A DNA stretch of 64,000 nucleotides from Candidatus Latescibacterota bacterium (lineage in GTDB: Bacteria; Krumholzibacteriota; Krumholzibacteriia; WVZY01; JAKEHA01). Under the pieces are notes generated by a model that searched no databases, was not told where the DNA came from, and saw only the letters and a program-made list of their open reading frames with translations. This document shows, piece by piece, positions 23,216-31,579 of this stretch; positions within the stretch are counted from its first letter, which is position 1; every line of letters begins with the position of its first letter. The position numbers and the translations under genes were made by a program. The stretch is from the NCBI GenBank assembly GCA_963707635.1, contig OY970173.1, positions 1,984,001 to 2,048,000 on the forward strand, in the 5' to 3' direction.

Positions 23216-24367
23216 TCAGCGCGGCGGCAGCGTGTCCCGGAAGAAACGCTCCGCGTTCAATCCCATCACCCGCGCGATCTCCTCATCGGAGAATCCCTCC
23301 TGCACCAGCGCGTCCGTGAGGAGCGCGAGCCCGCTCGCGTCGAACGGCGTCCGCACCGCTCCGTCGAAGTCCGACCCGATTGCCACGTGCTCGATTCCGG
23401 CGACCGACACACCGCGCCGGATCGCGCGCGCAATCGCGCGCGCGTCCTCCCCGCACACGGCGGCGTTCCAGAACCCGATCGCGATCAGGCCGCCGTGCGC
23501 CGCAATGCGCGCCAGCTGGTCGTCGGACAGGTTGCGGGGGCCCGGGCAGGTCGACTGCACGCCGGTGTGGGAGACCAGGACCGGCCGCGTGGTTGCCGCG
23601 AGCACGTCGTCGACCGTCGCGGGAGACGCGTGGGCGAGGTCGATGACCCCGCCGAGGGAATCGATGCGCGCCACCACCCGGCGGCCAAACGGCGACAACC
23701 CGCGTCGGCGCCAGCCGTGCGCGGAGCCGCCGACGTCGTTGTCGAACATGTGGGCGATTCCGAAGACGCGAAAGCCGTCGGCAAACAGCGTGTCGACGCG
23801 CGCGAGGTCGCGGGCGACGGGGTGGAGGCCTTCGAGCAGGAGGATGGCTCCGACGGCGTGCCCCGCGGCGAGAGCATCCAGGCCGGCGCGCGTGGTGACG
23901 AGCGAGAGCGCCCCGTCCGAGGCCGCGACCGCGCGCGCGAGCTTCTGCGCCTGAAATCGAGCGCGGGCGAACGGGTCGAACCAGGTGCGCCGCGGCCAGT
24001 GCTGCATCACCGCCAGCGGCGTCATGACGTCGACGACATTGGGCGTGCGCCGGTAATTGGCGGCGATGGGGTTTCTGGTCGGCACCGAGAACACCTGGAG
24101 CGCGACGTGGCCGTCGACGAGGCGGGGAAGGTCGACGTGTCCGCGCGACGAACGAATCAGCAGGTCCCGGTCCCACAGCAGCGCGTCGCAGTGCAGGTCG
24201 GCGATACGCAGGCGCGCGTGCAGCGCGCGCGCGCGCGGCGTGACCTCGGGAGACGCGGTCGCATAGGTGGAGTTGAGCTGTGCGTCGACCCGGTGGGCAA
24301 GGGAACGTCCGCCGAGCCACGCGGCGCCGGCGGCGAGGACGATCACGACGAGATAGCGCCAGAGCAC
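23216..24367 (-). CDS. Membrane dipeptidase (peptidase M19) with N-terminal anchor
   Basis: ADLHCD, LEG, DLAHAS, SHTG, RNLSD, IGSDFDG; start re-assigned to GTG 24367 because the longer ORF runs through a terminated RNA. Confidence 0.88.
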   Translation of the reverse strand: MLWRYLVVIVLAAGAAWLGGRSLAHRVDAQLNSTYATASPEVTPRARALHARLRIADLHCDALLWDRDLLIRSSRGHVDLPRLVDGHVALQVFSVPTRNPIAANYRRTPNVVDVMTPLAVMQHWPRRTWFDPFARARFQAQKLARAVAASDGALSLVTTRAGLDALAAGHAVGAILLLEGLHPVARDLARVDTLFADGFRVFGIAHMFDNDVGGSAHGWRRRGLSPFGRRVVARIDSLGGVIDLAHASPATVDDVLAATTRPVLVSHTGVQSTCPGPRNLSDDQLARIAAHGGLIAIGFWNAAVCGEDARAIARAIRRGVSVAGIEHVAIGSDFDGAVRTPFDASGLALLTDALVQEGFSDEEIARVMGLNAERFFRDTLPPR

Positions 24368-24397
24368 GGCGGGGATGGTAACACCGCGGGACCGCGC

Positions 24398-24531
24398 AAA
24401 AAAAAGAACGAGAGTAGTTCCCCCAACTGCCGTGACGCTAGCGCCCGTCAAGGCCCATGCGGCAACCGCTTCGCTGTCCAATAGCTTGCGAGCAGGACGC
24501 GCACGTACAGGCGAGGGAGTACTCTCGTTGC
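24398..24531 (-). ncRNA. Candidate structured non-coding RNA (~130 nt), family not recognised
   Basis: Ends pair perfectly over 10 bp (24407-24416 with 24520-24529); internal stems; followed by T8; upstream sigma70 promoter. Confidence 0.6.
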
Positions 24532-24539
24532 GAAGAGGG

Positions 24540-24569
24540 AGTATAGTCAGCGACAGGCGAGATTGTCAA
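24540..24569 (-). promoter_or_regulatory. Strong putative sigma70 promoter
   Basis: Minus strand TTGACA-N18-TATACT. Confidence 0.75.
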
Positions 24570-24729
24570 TGATGCCACAATGAATGATCATACTGGCAGG
24601 ACGCCTTGATCCTAGTTTCACATGAGAAGTCAGATTAAGATGACCCGGAGGAGGGGAAGGGGAGAGAGGCTGCGGTGTTCCCAGGTGTCGCGCCTTGTCG
24701 AGCGGGCATCCAGGAACACCGCTCGGGCG

Positions 24730-24777
24730 TTAACGCCTTCTAAGAAACCAGAGCAAATCAATGAGTTCGATCCGCAT
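24730..24777 (-). CDS. Candidate 15-aa micropeptide MRIELIDLLWFLRRR
   Basis: SD AAGGGGGTG 5 nt before ATG, TAA stop, sigma54-type promoter upstream, GC hairpin downstream; below the ORF-track cutoff. Confidence 0.55.
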   Translation of the reverse strand: MRIELIDLLWFLRRR

Positions 24778-24855
24778 GTGGGCACCCCCTTTTCGAGAGT
24801 CACCGGATTAACTCATCGGCGCGGACGCCTATCGGCGTCGCGTCGTGGCGGATCG

Positions 24856-24871
24856 TGCATACCTTGTGCCC
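24856..24871 (-). promoter_or_regulatory. Putative sigma54 (-24/-12) promoter
   Basis: GGGCACAAGGTATGCA: GG-N10-GC with GGCAC and TGCA. Confidence 0.6.
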
Positions 24872-24911
24872 TGGGGTAGGCCAACTGGGGTGCGTGGTTC
24901 CGAGTGATGCC

Positions 24912-27425
24912 TTAACTGGCTTTGCGATATGCAATTACGCTCGTGATGTCATCTTCCTGATTGCCCCCTCCGAAGGCCAGGACGTTCTCAAGCAGTGCAT
25001 TCTGCAGGGCCTGGGCCGGTAGGTTTCGATTCGCCCGCAGGAACGCAATCAGCCGCTCCTCGCCATAAAGCTCGCCGTCGGGGCTGCGCTGCTCGGTGAC
25101 CCCGTCGGTATAGAGGAGAAGCAGGTCGCCGGGCCGGAAGGACACCGTCCCCTCGTCGTAGCGATGGTGGCGGTTCGCTCCCAGCACGGTCCCGCCGTTT
25201 CCCAGCCGGTCGATGAACCCGTTGGTGGCGAACAGCGCCGGGCACTGGCCGGCGCTCGAAAACGTGAAGGTGGATCCGTCGAGGTCGAGCACGCCGCAGA
25301 AAAACGTGGCGAACTGCCCGGGCTTGGCGTGTTCGACGAGGTAGTCGTTGAGCTCCTGATTCAGCTCGGAAGGGGCGAGTCGTCCCTTGAGAGCGCGGTT
25401 CTTGAACACGGCCTGGAGGGACGCCATCAGCATGGCTGCCGGCACCCCTTTTCCAATCACGTCCCCGATTGCCAGCACGACCCGGTGATCGTCGAGGGGG
25501 AAGTAGTCGAAGTAGTCGCCCCCGACCTCGCTCGAGCTGACCATCTGCCCGAGTATCTCGACCCCGCGCAGGTGCGGCGACTCGGCGGGCAGGAGCGCCT
25601 GCTGGATATCGCGGGCCAGCATGACCTCGCTCTTCAGGCGCTCTTTGTCGATGGATGAGCGGATCAGGTCGGCGTTCTCGATCACCAGCGCGAGCTGGTC
25701 CGCGAAGGTCTCCAGGAGGTCGCCGTCCGCGCGCCGGTAGACGAGGCCCGATCGTTTGGGACCGAACAGGGCGAGACCCAGCAGCCGGTCCGGCGCGGCG
25801 ATGGGGACGCACACGGCCAGCGAGGGGACCGCGAGCAGCGAGCGCGAGTCGGCGTCGAGGTGCGGCCGCTCCCAGGAGCGGTCCAGGAATTCCACCATCA
25901 GCGGCGTACGGTAGCGCGTGAGGTATCGGCCGAGGAACGAGTCCGGGTTGAACGACTCCGGCAGCGGTGGGGCGGCCTGGTAGACGCGCTCCCGGCGCAG
26001 GTCGTGCTCTTCGCCCTTCAAGTAGATCGCGACGAAGGAGGGATGCAACAGCGCCTCGCAGCGCTCGAGGAAATGATCCACGATCTCGTCGCGGGTCAGC
26101 GTCCGCGCGACCCGGCGGCCGAAATCGACGACCTCCTGCTGGTAGGTGAATTCCACTCGATAGAACATCCGGTCGACGGCGCCCTGGATCCGCTGGCGAA
26201 TGGGCGCGAATACGATCGCCAGCACGAGCACCGCGATCGGCAGCCAGACAAACTCGCTGACGCCGAACTGGCGGGAGAGGAACGCGCCGGCGGTCTGCAC
26301 GACGACGTAGTAGCCCGCCGCGAGCACGCCGGTGAGCACCGCGTACACGAGGCTCTTGCGCACCACCGTATCCAGCTCGATCGCCCCGTGCTTGAGAATG
26401 GCGTAGGCGAACGTGATCGGCACGAACCCGAGGCAAAGCGCGGTGAGGATGGTCGCCGAGTCCGCCGACCCGGGGCGTATGGCTGAGTAGAGCGTGGCCG
26501 CGAGGAAGGGGCCCAGACCGACGACGGTGCCTGCGATTACGACGCGGAGTTTCTGCTTCTGCGCGCCGGGAGCCGTTCGGTAGGACCGGATGACGATCAC
26601 CAGCGACGCGACCAGGTACGCGGCGAAATACGCGGTCGACAGCGCGAGCACCACCGTTTCCGCGGTCTCGCCCGGCGAGTGGAAGCTGAAGCGGCGCACG
26701 GTGACGAACGCGCTGACGGCGAGGATCGCCACCGGCGGCAGGTAAAGCCACACCGAGCGCCGCACGGGCGATCCGTTTTCCCGCGGCCCCCGGTCCGGAA
26801 AGCGCAGGAAGAAGTGGAGCAGTACCGCGGGGAAGAGGAGCATGACCGCGTCCCAGAAGAGTTCGCCGCCCAGCTGGAAGGCGGTGCTCTCCGTGGACGG
26901 GCGGTCGGTCAGGAAAAATGCGAGCATCCACGAGTTCACAGTGAAGAGCGTGCCCAGCACGTCGTTGCGCCGGACGAAAACCCCGAGCCCGACGGCCAGG
27001 AACGCGATCGCGGTCACGAGCAGCACCATGCGCTCGAGCAGGAGGTTCTGGGGCACGGTGGCGTACCGCACCGTCTCGCGCAGTGCGACGCCGTGGCGGT
27101 GGAGCTCGTACGTCTGCGGCGCGTGCGCGGCGTTGCGGGTGACCGCACTCTGGTAATGGGCGCGATTGCGAAGGCGCTCGCCGTCCACGGCGACGATCAC
27201 GTCGCCGGGCTGAATGTTCGCGGAGGCGTTGGGGCCGTCGGCGGCGACACGCTGCACGACGAGGTTACGGGTCTCGATGCCGGAATACGGCGCACTCCAG
27301 CGCTCGCGCAGCCCGGGGAACTCGAGGACCACGACGGCCAGGAGGAAGAGCAGCAGCGTCGGCCGGAAAACCGAGGCGATTCGGTGATGGGTGCGGGCCG
27401 GTTGGGCCCTGGACGGCGAGTTCAC
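24912..27425 (-). CDS. PP2C/SpoIIE-family phosphatase with PDZ, multi-TM sensor and GAF domains
   Basis: IQPGDVIVAVDG PDZ; several TM helices; ARDIQQALLP, VGGDYFD, GDVIGKG, YTDGVTE, DDIT; GTG start after GGAGG. Confidence 0.92.
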   Translation of the reverse strand: MNSPSRAQPARTHHRIASVFRPTLLLFLLAVVVLEFPGLRERWSAPYSGIETRNLVVQRVAADGPNASANIQPGDVIVAVDGERLRNRAHYQSAVTRNAAHAPQTYELHRHGVALRETVRYATVPQNLLLERMVLLVTAIAFLAVGLGVFVRRNDVLGTLFTVNSWMLAFFLTDRPSTESTAFQLGGELFWDAVMLLFPAVLLHFFLRFPDRGPRENGSPVRRSVWLYLPPVAILAVSAFVTVRRFSFHSPGETAETVVLALSTAYFAAYLVASLVIVIRSYRTAPGAQKQKLRVVIAGTVVGLGPFLAATLYSAIRPGSADSATILTALCLGFVPITFAYAILKHGAIELDTVVRKSLVYAVLTGVLAAGYYVVVQTAGAFLSRQFGVSEFVWLPIAVLVLAIVFAPIRQRIQGAVDRMFYRVEFTYQQEVVDFGRRVARTLTRDEIVDHFLERCEALLHPSFVAIYLKGEEHDLRRERVYQAAPPLPESFNPDSFLGRYLTRYRTPLMVEFLDRSWERPHLDADSRSLLAVPSLAVCVPIAAPDRLLGLALFGPKRSGLVYRRADGDLLETFADQLALVIENADLIRSSIDKERLKSEVMLARDIQQALLPAESPHLRGVEILGQMVSSSEVGGDYFDYFPLDDHRVVLAIGDVIGKGVPAAMLMASLQAVFKNRALKGRLAPSELNQELNDYLVEHAKPGQFATFFCGVLDLDGSTFTFSSAGQCPALFATNGFIDRLGNGGTVLGANRHHRYDEGTVSFRPGDLLLLYTDGVTEQRSPDGELYGEERLIAFLRANRNLPAQALQNALLENVLAFGGGNQEDDITSVIAYRKAS

Positions 27426-27527
27426 CGGTGTCCTCCGAGCGGGTGCGGGATCGGGGTGGATGAAGCGTGAGGACCCGGCGCACGCGGTGTCAACGGTTTT
27501 CACCGTCGGGGGCGGCCGAGGAAGCGC

Positions 27528-27556
27528 TTGCAGGGAGTCGACCCGTATGCTAGTCT
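27528..27556 (+). promoter_or_regulatory. Putative sigma70 promoter
   Basis: TTGCAG-N17-TAGTCT with extended -10 TG. Confidence 0.5.
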
Positions 27557-27606
27557 AGCGATTCTAAACAAATTAGGGCCCCGGTAGCGAGGAGATTTTC
27601 GTAACC

Positions 27607-28272
27607 ATGACGACCACCGCACGACGCGCGAAAAAGAGCCTGAAAGAAGACCAGCTGGTCACCACCACCTTCCGGCTGACGGAATGGGCACAGGAGCATT
27701 TCAACCAGGTCATCATCGGCGTGGTGGCGCTGGTGGCCGTGGTGGCGGTGCTCGTATTCGCGTCTAACAGCCGGGAGAGCAGCGCGCGGGACGCGGAACG
27801 CGAGATCGGCTCGGCGCTCCTCCTGTACCAGCGGGGCGAGTTCGGTGCGGCGGGGACGACGTTCCAGCAGATCTACGATCGTCACAAGGGCAAGCAGGCG
27901 ACGGCGGCGAGGTTCTTCAAGGCCGAGTGCGACCTGCGCCTGGGCAACTACCGGCAGGCGGTCGACGAATACGACGGCTATCTGGAGAAGCGCGCCGACT
28001 ATCCGCTGTTCGAATCAGCGGCGGCGATCGGAAAGGCGCTCGCGTGGGAGGGTCTTCAGAACTATCCCGAAGCCGCGAAGACGATGGCGGAGGCGATCAA
28101 CACGCTCCCGAAGGAAGACCCGCGCTATTTTGATACTGTGTTTCAGGCCGCTGATTTTTACATGAAGGCCGGAAACTCAAGCGAGGCCCTCAAGTTCTAC
28201 GAGGTGGTGGCGGCGGACGGCACCGGCGAGCTCAAGTCGCGTGCCTCGGTCGCCGTCGCGATGCTGAAGTAG
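27607..28272 (+). CDS. Membrane-anchored TPR protein (YfgM-like)
   Basis: KKSLKEDQL N-terminus, single TM helix, TPR helices. Confidence 0.8.
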   Translation: MTTTARRAKKSLKEDQLVTTTFRLTEWAQEHFNQVIIGVVALVAVVAVLVFASNSRESSARDAEREIGSALLLYQRGEFGAAGTTFQQIYDRHKGKQATAARFFKAECDLRLGNYRQAVDEYDGYLEKRADYPLFESAAAIGKALAWEGLQNYPEAAKTMAEAINTLPKEDPRYFDTVFQAADFYMKAGNSSEALKFYEVVAADGTGELKSRASVAVAMLK

Positions 28273-28286
28273 TAACGCGCGAACCC

Positions 28287-28673
28287 GTGGCCACAGGCAC
28301 GACAGCCCCAGATCCCGCGCGGGCGTCGCCCGCCGACCACGAGCGCTGGTACGCGGCGCTCGGATACGTGTTCTTCCTCTGTTTCCTGGCGCTCTGGAAG
28401 GCGCGGGGAAGCGCCTTCGTTCGATTCCACGCCCGCCAGGCCTTCCTCCTGTTTTTCTCCGAGTGCGTGGCGTTCCTGGTGATCGTCGTGATCGACCGCA
28501 CCGTCGGGCGGCTACCATTCGTCGGCGTCATCGTGGTAGTGATCGCTCAGGCCGTGGTGTTTCTCACCGCCTTGTTCCTCTCCGTGATGGGCTTCGTGAA
28601 GGCGCTCTTCGGTGAACTGTGGGAGATGCCGTTCTTCGGGCCGTACCGCGAGAAAGTACCCCCGCTGGGATAG
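28287..28673 (+). CDS. Small membrane protein (DUF4870-like)
   Basis: AALGYV, FVRFHARQAF, LPFVG, WEMPFFG. Confidence 0.8.
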   Translation: MATGTTAPDPARASPADHERWYAALGYVFFLCFLALWKARGSAFVRFHARQAFLLFFSECVAFLVIVVIDRTVGRLPFVGVIVVVIAQAVVFLTALFLSVMGFVKALFGELWEMPFFGPYREKVPPLG

Positions 28674-28685
28674 ATGGGGAGCGCT

Positions 28686-28707
28686 GGGGCGGCAACACTG
28701 CCGTCCC
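28686..28707. terminator. GC-rich hairpin between convergent genes
   Basis: GGGGCGGCA-ACAC-TGCCGTCCC. Confidence 0.5.
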
Positions 28708-28719
28708 GTGCGGCACTAG

Positions 28720-28747
28720 GTGGCGCATAAGATATATTATGTTAACT
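28720..28747. other. dif: dif site (XerC/XerD chromosome dimer resolution)
   Basis: GTGGCGCATAA-GATATA-TTATGTTAACT versus E. coli GGTGCGCATAA-TGTATA-TTATGTTAAAT; intergenic, at the gene-polarity switch. Confidence 0.92.
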
Positions 28748-28793
28748 TGACTCACCAGCACCTTCTGCCTCCGGCGCCCGTGGCCGCTTCTCC

Positions 28794-31283
28794 CTATAGG
28801 ACGATGTTGACCAGGCGGTTCTGGATGACGATGACCCGCCGCGGTGCGCGCCCTGCGAGGGCTTCCTGGATGCGTGGGTGCGCCAGCGCGATTTCCTTCA
28901 TGCGTTCCGGGTCCGTATCCGCCGGGATCGACTCGCGCGCGCGGATCTTGCTGTTGACCTGGATGACCAGGTCGAAGGATTCCTCCTTCACGTAGCGGGC
29001 ATCCGCCTGCGGCAACGCAGTGGCGAACACGCTGTCGGCGTGGCCGAGCCGCTCCCAGAGCTCTTCGCACAGGTGCGGCGTCATCGGCGCCAAGAGCCGC
29101 ACCAGCGCGTCGAAGGCGAAGCGCACCACCGCGGCCCGCTGCGGGCCCGACGGGCCTGCCGACGCCTCGGCGAACGGTGTCAGCGCGTTGGAGAGTTCCA
29201 TGAGCGCGCTGATGGCGGTGTTGAACCGGAAATGGTCGCTCACGTCGGCCTGGACGCGCGCGATGGTCCGGTGGGCCTTGCGAAAGAGCTCGCGTTCGGA
29301 TTCCGCCAACGCTTCGTAGACGATGGACTCGAGCGCTCCCGGCAGACGGGCTGCGTGCGCCTCGTAAAAGCGCCAGATTCGATTCAGGAAACGATAACAG
29401 CCCTCGACGCTCTCGTCGTTCCACTCGATGTCGCGCTCGGGCGGCCCGCAGAACAGAATGTAGAGGCGCATGGTGTCGGCGCCCATGGGCTGGATGATGG
29501 TGTCGGGCGGCACCACGTTGCCCTTGCTCTTCGACATCTTCACACCGTCCTTGCACACCATGCCCTGGGTGAACAGGCGCGCGAAGGGCTCCCGAAACCC
29601 GATGTGCCCGCGTGCGTGCAGGAAGTGCGTGACGAAGCGCGCGTAGAGCAGGTGCAGGATGGCGTGCTCCACGCCGCCGATGTACTGGTCGACCGGCAAC
29701 CAGGCGTCGCATCGATCACGTTGAAATGCAGCCGATTGGTCATTCGGGCTCAAGTAACGCATGAAGTACCAGCTCGAATCGACGAACGTGTCCATGGTGT
29801 CGGTGTCGCGTTCGGCGCGGCCGCCGCAGCGCGGGCACTCGACCACGCGAAAGGCGTCGCTGGTGGCCAGCGGGCTCTTGCCGTCTCCGCGTGGGCGGAA
29901 GTCGACGTCGTCCGGCAGGCGCACGGGTAGCGCCTCTCGAGGCACGGGCACCACGCCGCAGCGCGGACAGTGGATCATGGGAATGGGTGCGCCCCAGTAG
30001 CGCTGGCGCGAAATCAGCCAGTCGCGCAGGCGGAAGTTCACCTTGCGCTTCCCTTTTCCCCGCCGCTCGAGCTCGTCGGCGATGCGCTCGAAGGCCGATT
30101 TCTCCGTGAGCCCGTCGAACGCACCGCTGTTCACCAGGATGCCGTTCCCGGAGTAGGAAGAGACCGGCAGCGTGGTCGCGGCGCCCGCGGCGGGACGGAT
30201 GACCTCGCGGATCGGAAGCCCGTAACGGGTGGCGAAATCGAAGTCGCGCTGGTCGTGGGCGGGAACCGCCATGATGGCTCCGGTGCCGTATTCCATGAGC
30301 ACGTAGGGCGCCATGTACACGGGAATCGATTCGCCGGTGACGGGGTTGGTCGCGTGCGTGTCGAGGAACACGCCGTCGCGCCCGGGTTCGATGCGGGACT
30401 TGCCGCTCAAACGATCGGCGGTGTAGCGCGCGATCGCGTCGCGAAACTCGCGCTCGCGCGGCGAGCCGGCGACCAGGCGCGCGACTTCCGGATGGTCCGG
30501 GGACAGCACCAGAAAGGTGGCGCCGCCGATGGTGTCCGGGCGGGTGGTGAAGCAGACCACGCTGCGCCCGGTTCCCTCGAGATCGAACGAGATCTCGAGC
30601 CCCACGCTGCGGTCGATCCAGTTGCGCTGCATGGTGACCACACGCTCCGGCCAGTCGGCCAGCCCGTCGAGGCCGTCGAGCAGCTGGTCCGCGAAATCGG
30701 TAATGCGGAAGAACCACTGCTCGAGGTCGCGTTCCTCGATCGGCGTGCCGCAGCGCTCACACGCGCCGTCCACCACCTGCTCGTTGGCCAGCACGGTCTT
30801 GTCCTTCGGGCACCAGTTGACCGAGGCGGCCTTGCGGTACGCGAGCCCGGCGTCGAACAACTCCAGGAAGAGCCACTGCGTCCAGCGATAGTAGTCGGGG
30901 TCGCACGACGTGACCTCGCGCTCCCAGTCGTAGACCACGCCCCAGTTGTGAAACTGCTGCTTCATGCGCGCGATGTTGCTCTTCGTCCACTGCGCCGGGT
31001 GGATGTCGCGCGCGATGGCGGCGTTCTCGGCCGGCAGCCCGAACGCGTCCCACCCCATCGGGGCGAGGACTTCGCACCCTTCCATCTTCTTGAAGCGCGC
31101 GAGCGCGTCGCCGATCACGTAGTTGCGCCCGTGCCCCACGTGCAGCTCGCCGGACGGGTACGGAAACATCATGAGGCAGTAAAACTTCCTCCCGGTGCGG
31201 GAGAGGTCGCAGCGCATGAGGCCCGTGCGGGCCCAGCGTTCCTGCCACTTGCGCTCGATTTCAGCGTGGGGATACTTCGCCAT
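28794..31283 (-). CDS. leuS: Leucine--tRNA ligase
   Basis: MFPYPSGELHVGH, editing domain (FTTRPDT, GTGAIMAVPAHDQRD), KMSKS. Confidence 0.98.
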   Translation of the reverse strand: MAKYPHAEIERKWQERWARTGLMRCDLSRTGRKFYCLMMFPYPSGELHVGHGRNYVIGDALARFKKMEGCEVLAPMGWDAFGLPAENAAIARDIHPAQWTKSNIARMKQQFHNWGVVYDWEREVTSCDPDYYRWTQWLFLELFDAGLAYRKAASVNWCPKDKTVLANEQVVDGACERCGTPIEERDLEQWFFRITDFADQLLDGLDGLADWPERVVTMQRNWIDRSVGLEISFDLEGTGRSVVCFTTRPDTIGGATFLVLSPDHPEVARLVAGSPREREFRDAIARYTADRLSGKSRIEPGRDGVFLDTHATNPVTGESIPVYMAPYVLMEYGTGAIMAVPAHDQRDFDFATRYGLPIREVIRPAAGAATTLPVSSYSGNGILVNSGAFDGLTEKSAFERIADELERRGKGKRKVNFRLRDWLISRQRYWGAPIPMIHCPRCGVVPVPREALPVRLPDDVDFRPRGDGKSPLATSDAFRVVECPRCGGRAERDTDTMDTFVDSSWYFMRYLSPNDQSAAFQRDRCDAWLPVDQYIGGVEHAILHLLYARFVTHFLHARGHIGFREPFARLFTQGMVCKDGVKMSKSKGNVVPPDTIIQPMGADTMRLYILFCGPPERDIEWNDESVEGCYRFLNRIWRFYEAHAARLPGALESIVYEALAESERELFRKAHRTIARVQADVSDHFRFNTAISALMELSNALTPFAEASAGPSGPQRAAVVRFAFDALVRLLAPMTPHLCEELWERLGHADSVFATALPQADARYVKEESFDLVIQVNSKIRARESIPADTDPERMKEIALAHPRIQEALAGRAPRRVIVIQNRLVNIVL

Positions 31284-31327
31284 GATCGAAAGAAACGGGC
31301 AAACGGGGTTGGCCGGCGGGGCGGGCG

Positions 31328-31555
31328 CTATGCGCCCGCGAAACGCGCCAGCACGTGAAACTCGGCGCCCACATGGTCGATCTCGACCGCGGCCCCGGTG
31401 GTTTCGAGGTACGCGCGCACGTCGTCGGCGGCGTCGAGGTTGCTGACCACCACCCGCAGCATCCCGGGACGCCCCTTGGCGAGCAGCGCCTCCGCCATGA
31501 GCCGGGGGCCGGGCGTCGAGAGGCCGCGGGCGTTGATGCGAACGTCGTTCTCCAT
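31328..31555 (-). CDS. TusA/SirA-like protein lacking the catalytic Cys
   Basis: INARGLSTPGP aligns to the LDxRGLxCPxP motif; 75 aa; no Cys in the protein. Confidence 0.7.
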   Translation of the reverse strand: MENDVRINARGLSTPGPRLMAEALLAKGRPGMLRVVVSNLDAADDVRAYLETTGAAVEIDHVGAEFHVLARFAGA

Positions 31556-31579
31556 GCGTCGACCGGTCAGGCGGTCAAT

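Noticed and set aside
24368..24481. N-terminal extension of the dipeptidase, and its A8 run as a phase-variation tract
   Set aside because: Better explained as the 3' stem and U-tract of an upstream RNA; the downstream GTG gives a cleaner N-terminus
24520..24803. ncRNA acting as antisense partner of the micropeptide mRNA (CGAGAGU versus ACUCUCG)
   Set aside because: Only 7 contiguous bp, buried in the RNA closing stem; further complementarity lies in the untranscribed promoter region
24622..24879. 85-aa plus-strand ORF
   Set aside because: No SD or recognisable motif; the promoter, SD and structure signals are on the opposite strand
31328..31555. Selenocysteine recoding at the TusA active site
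   Set aside because: The codon is ACG (Thr); there is no in-frame TGA
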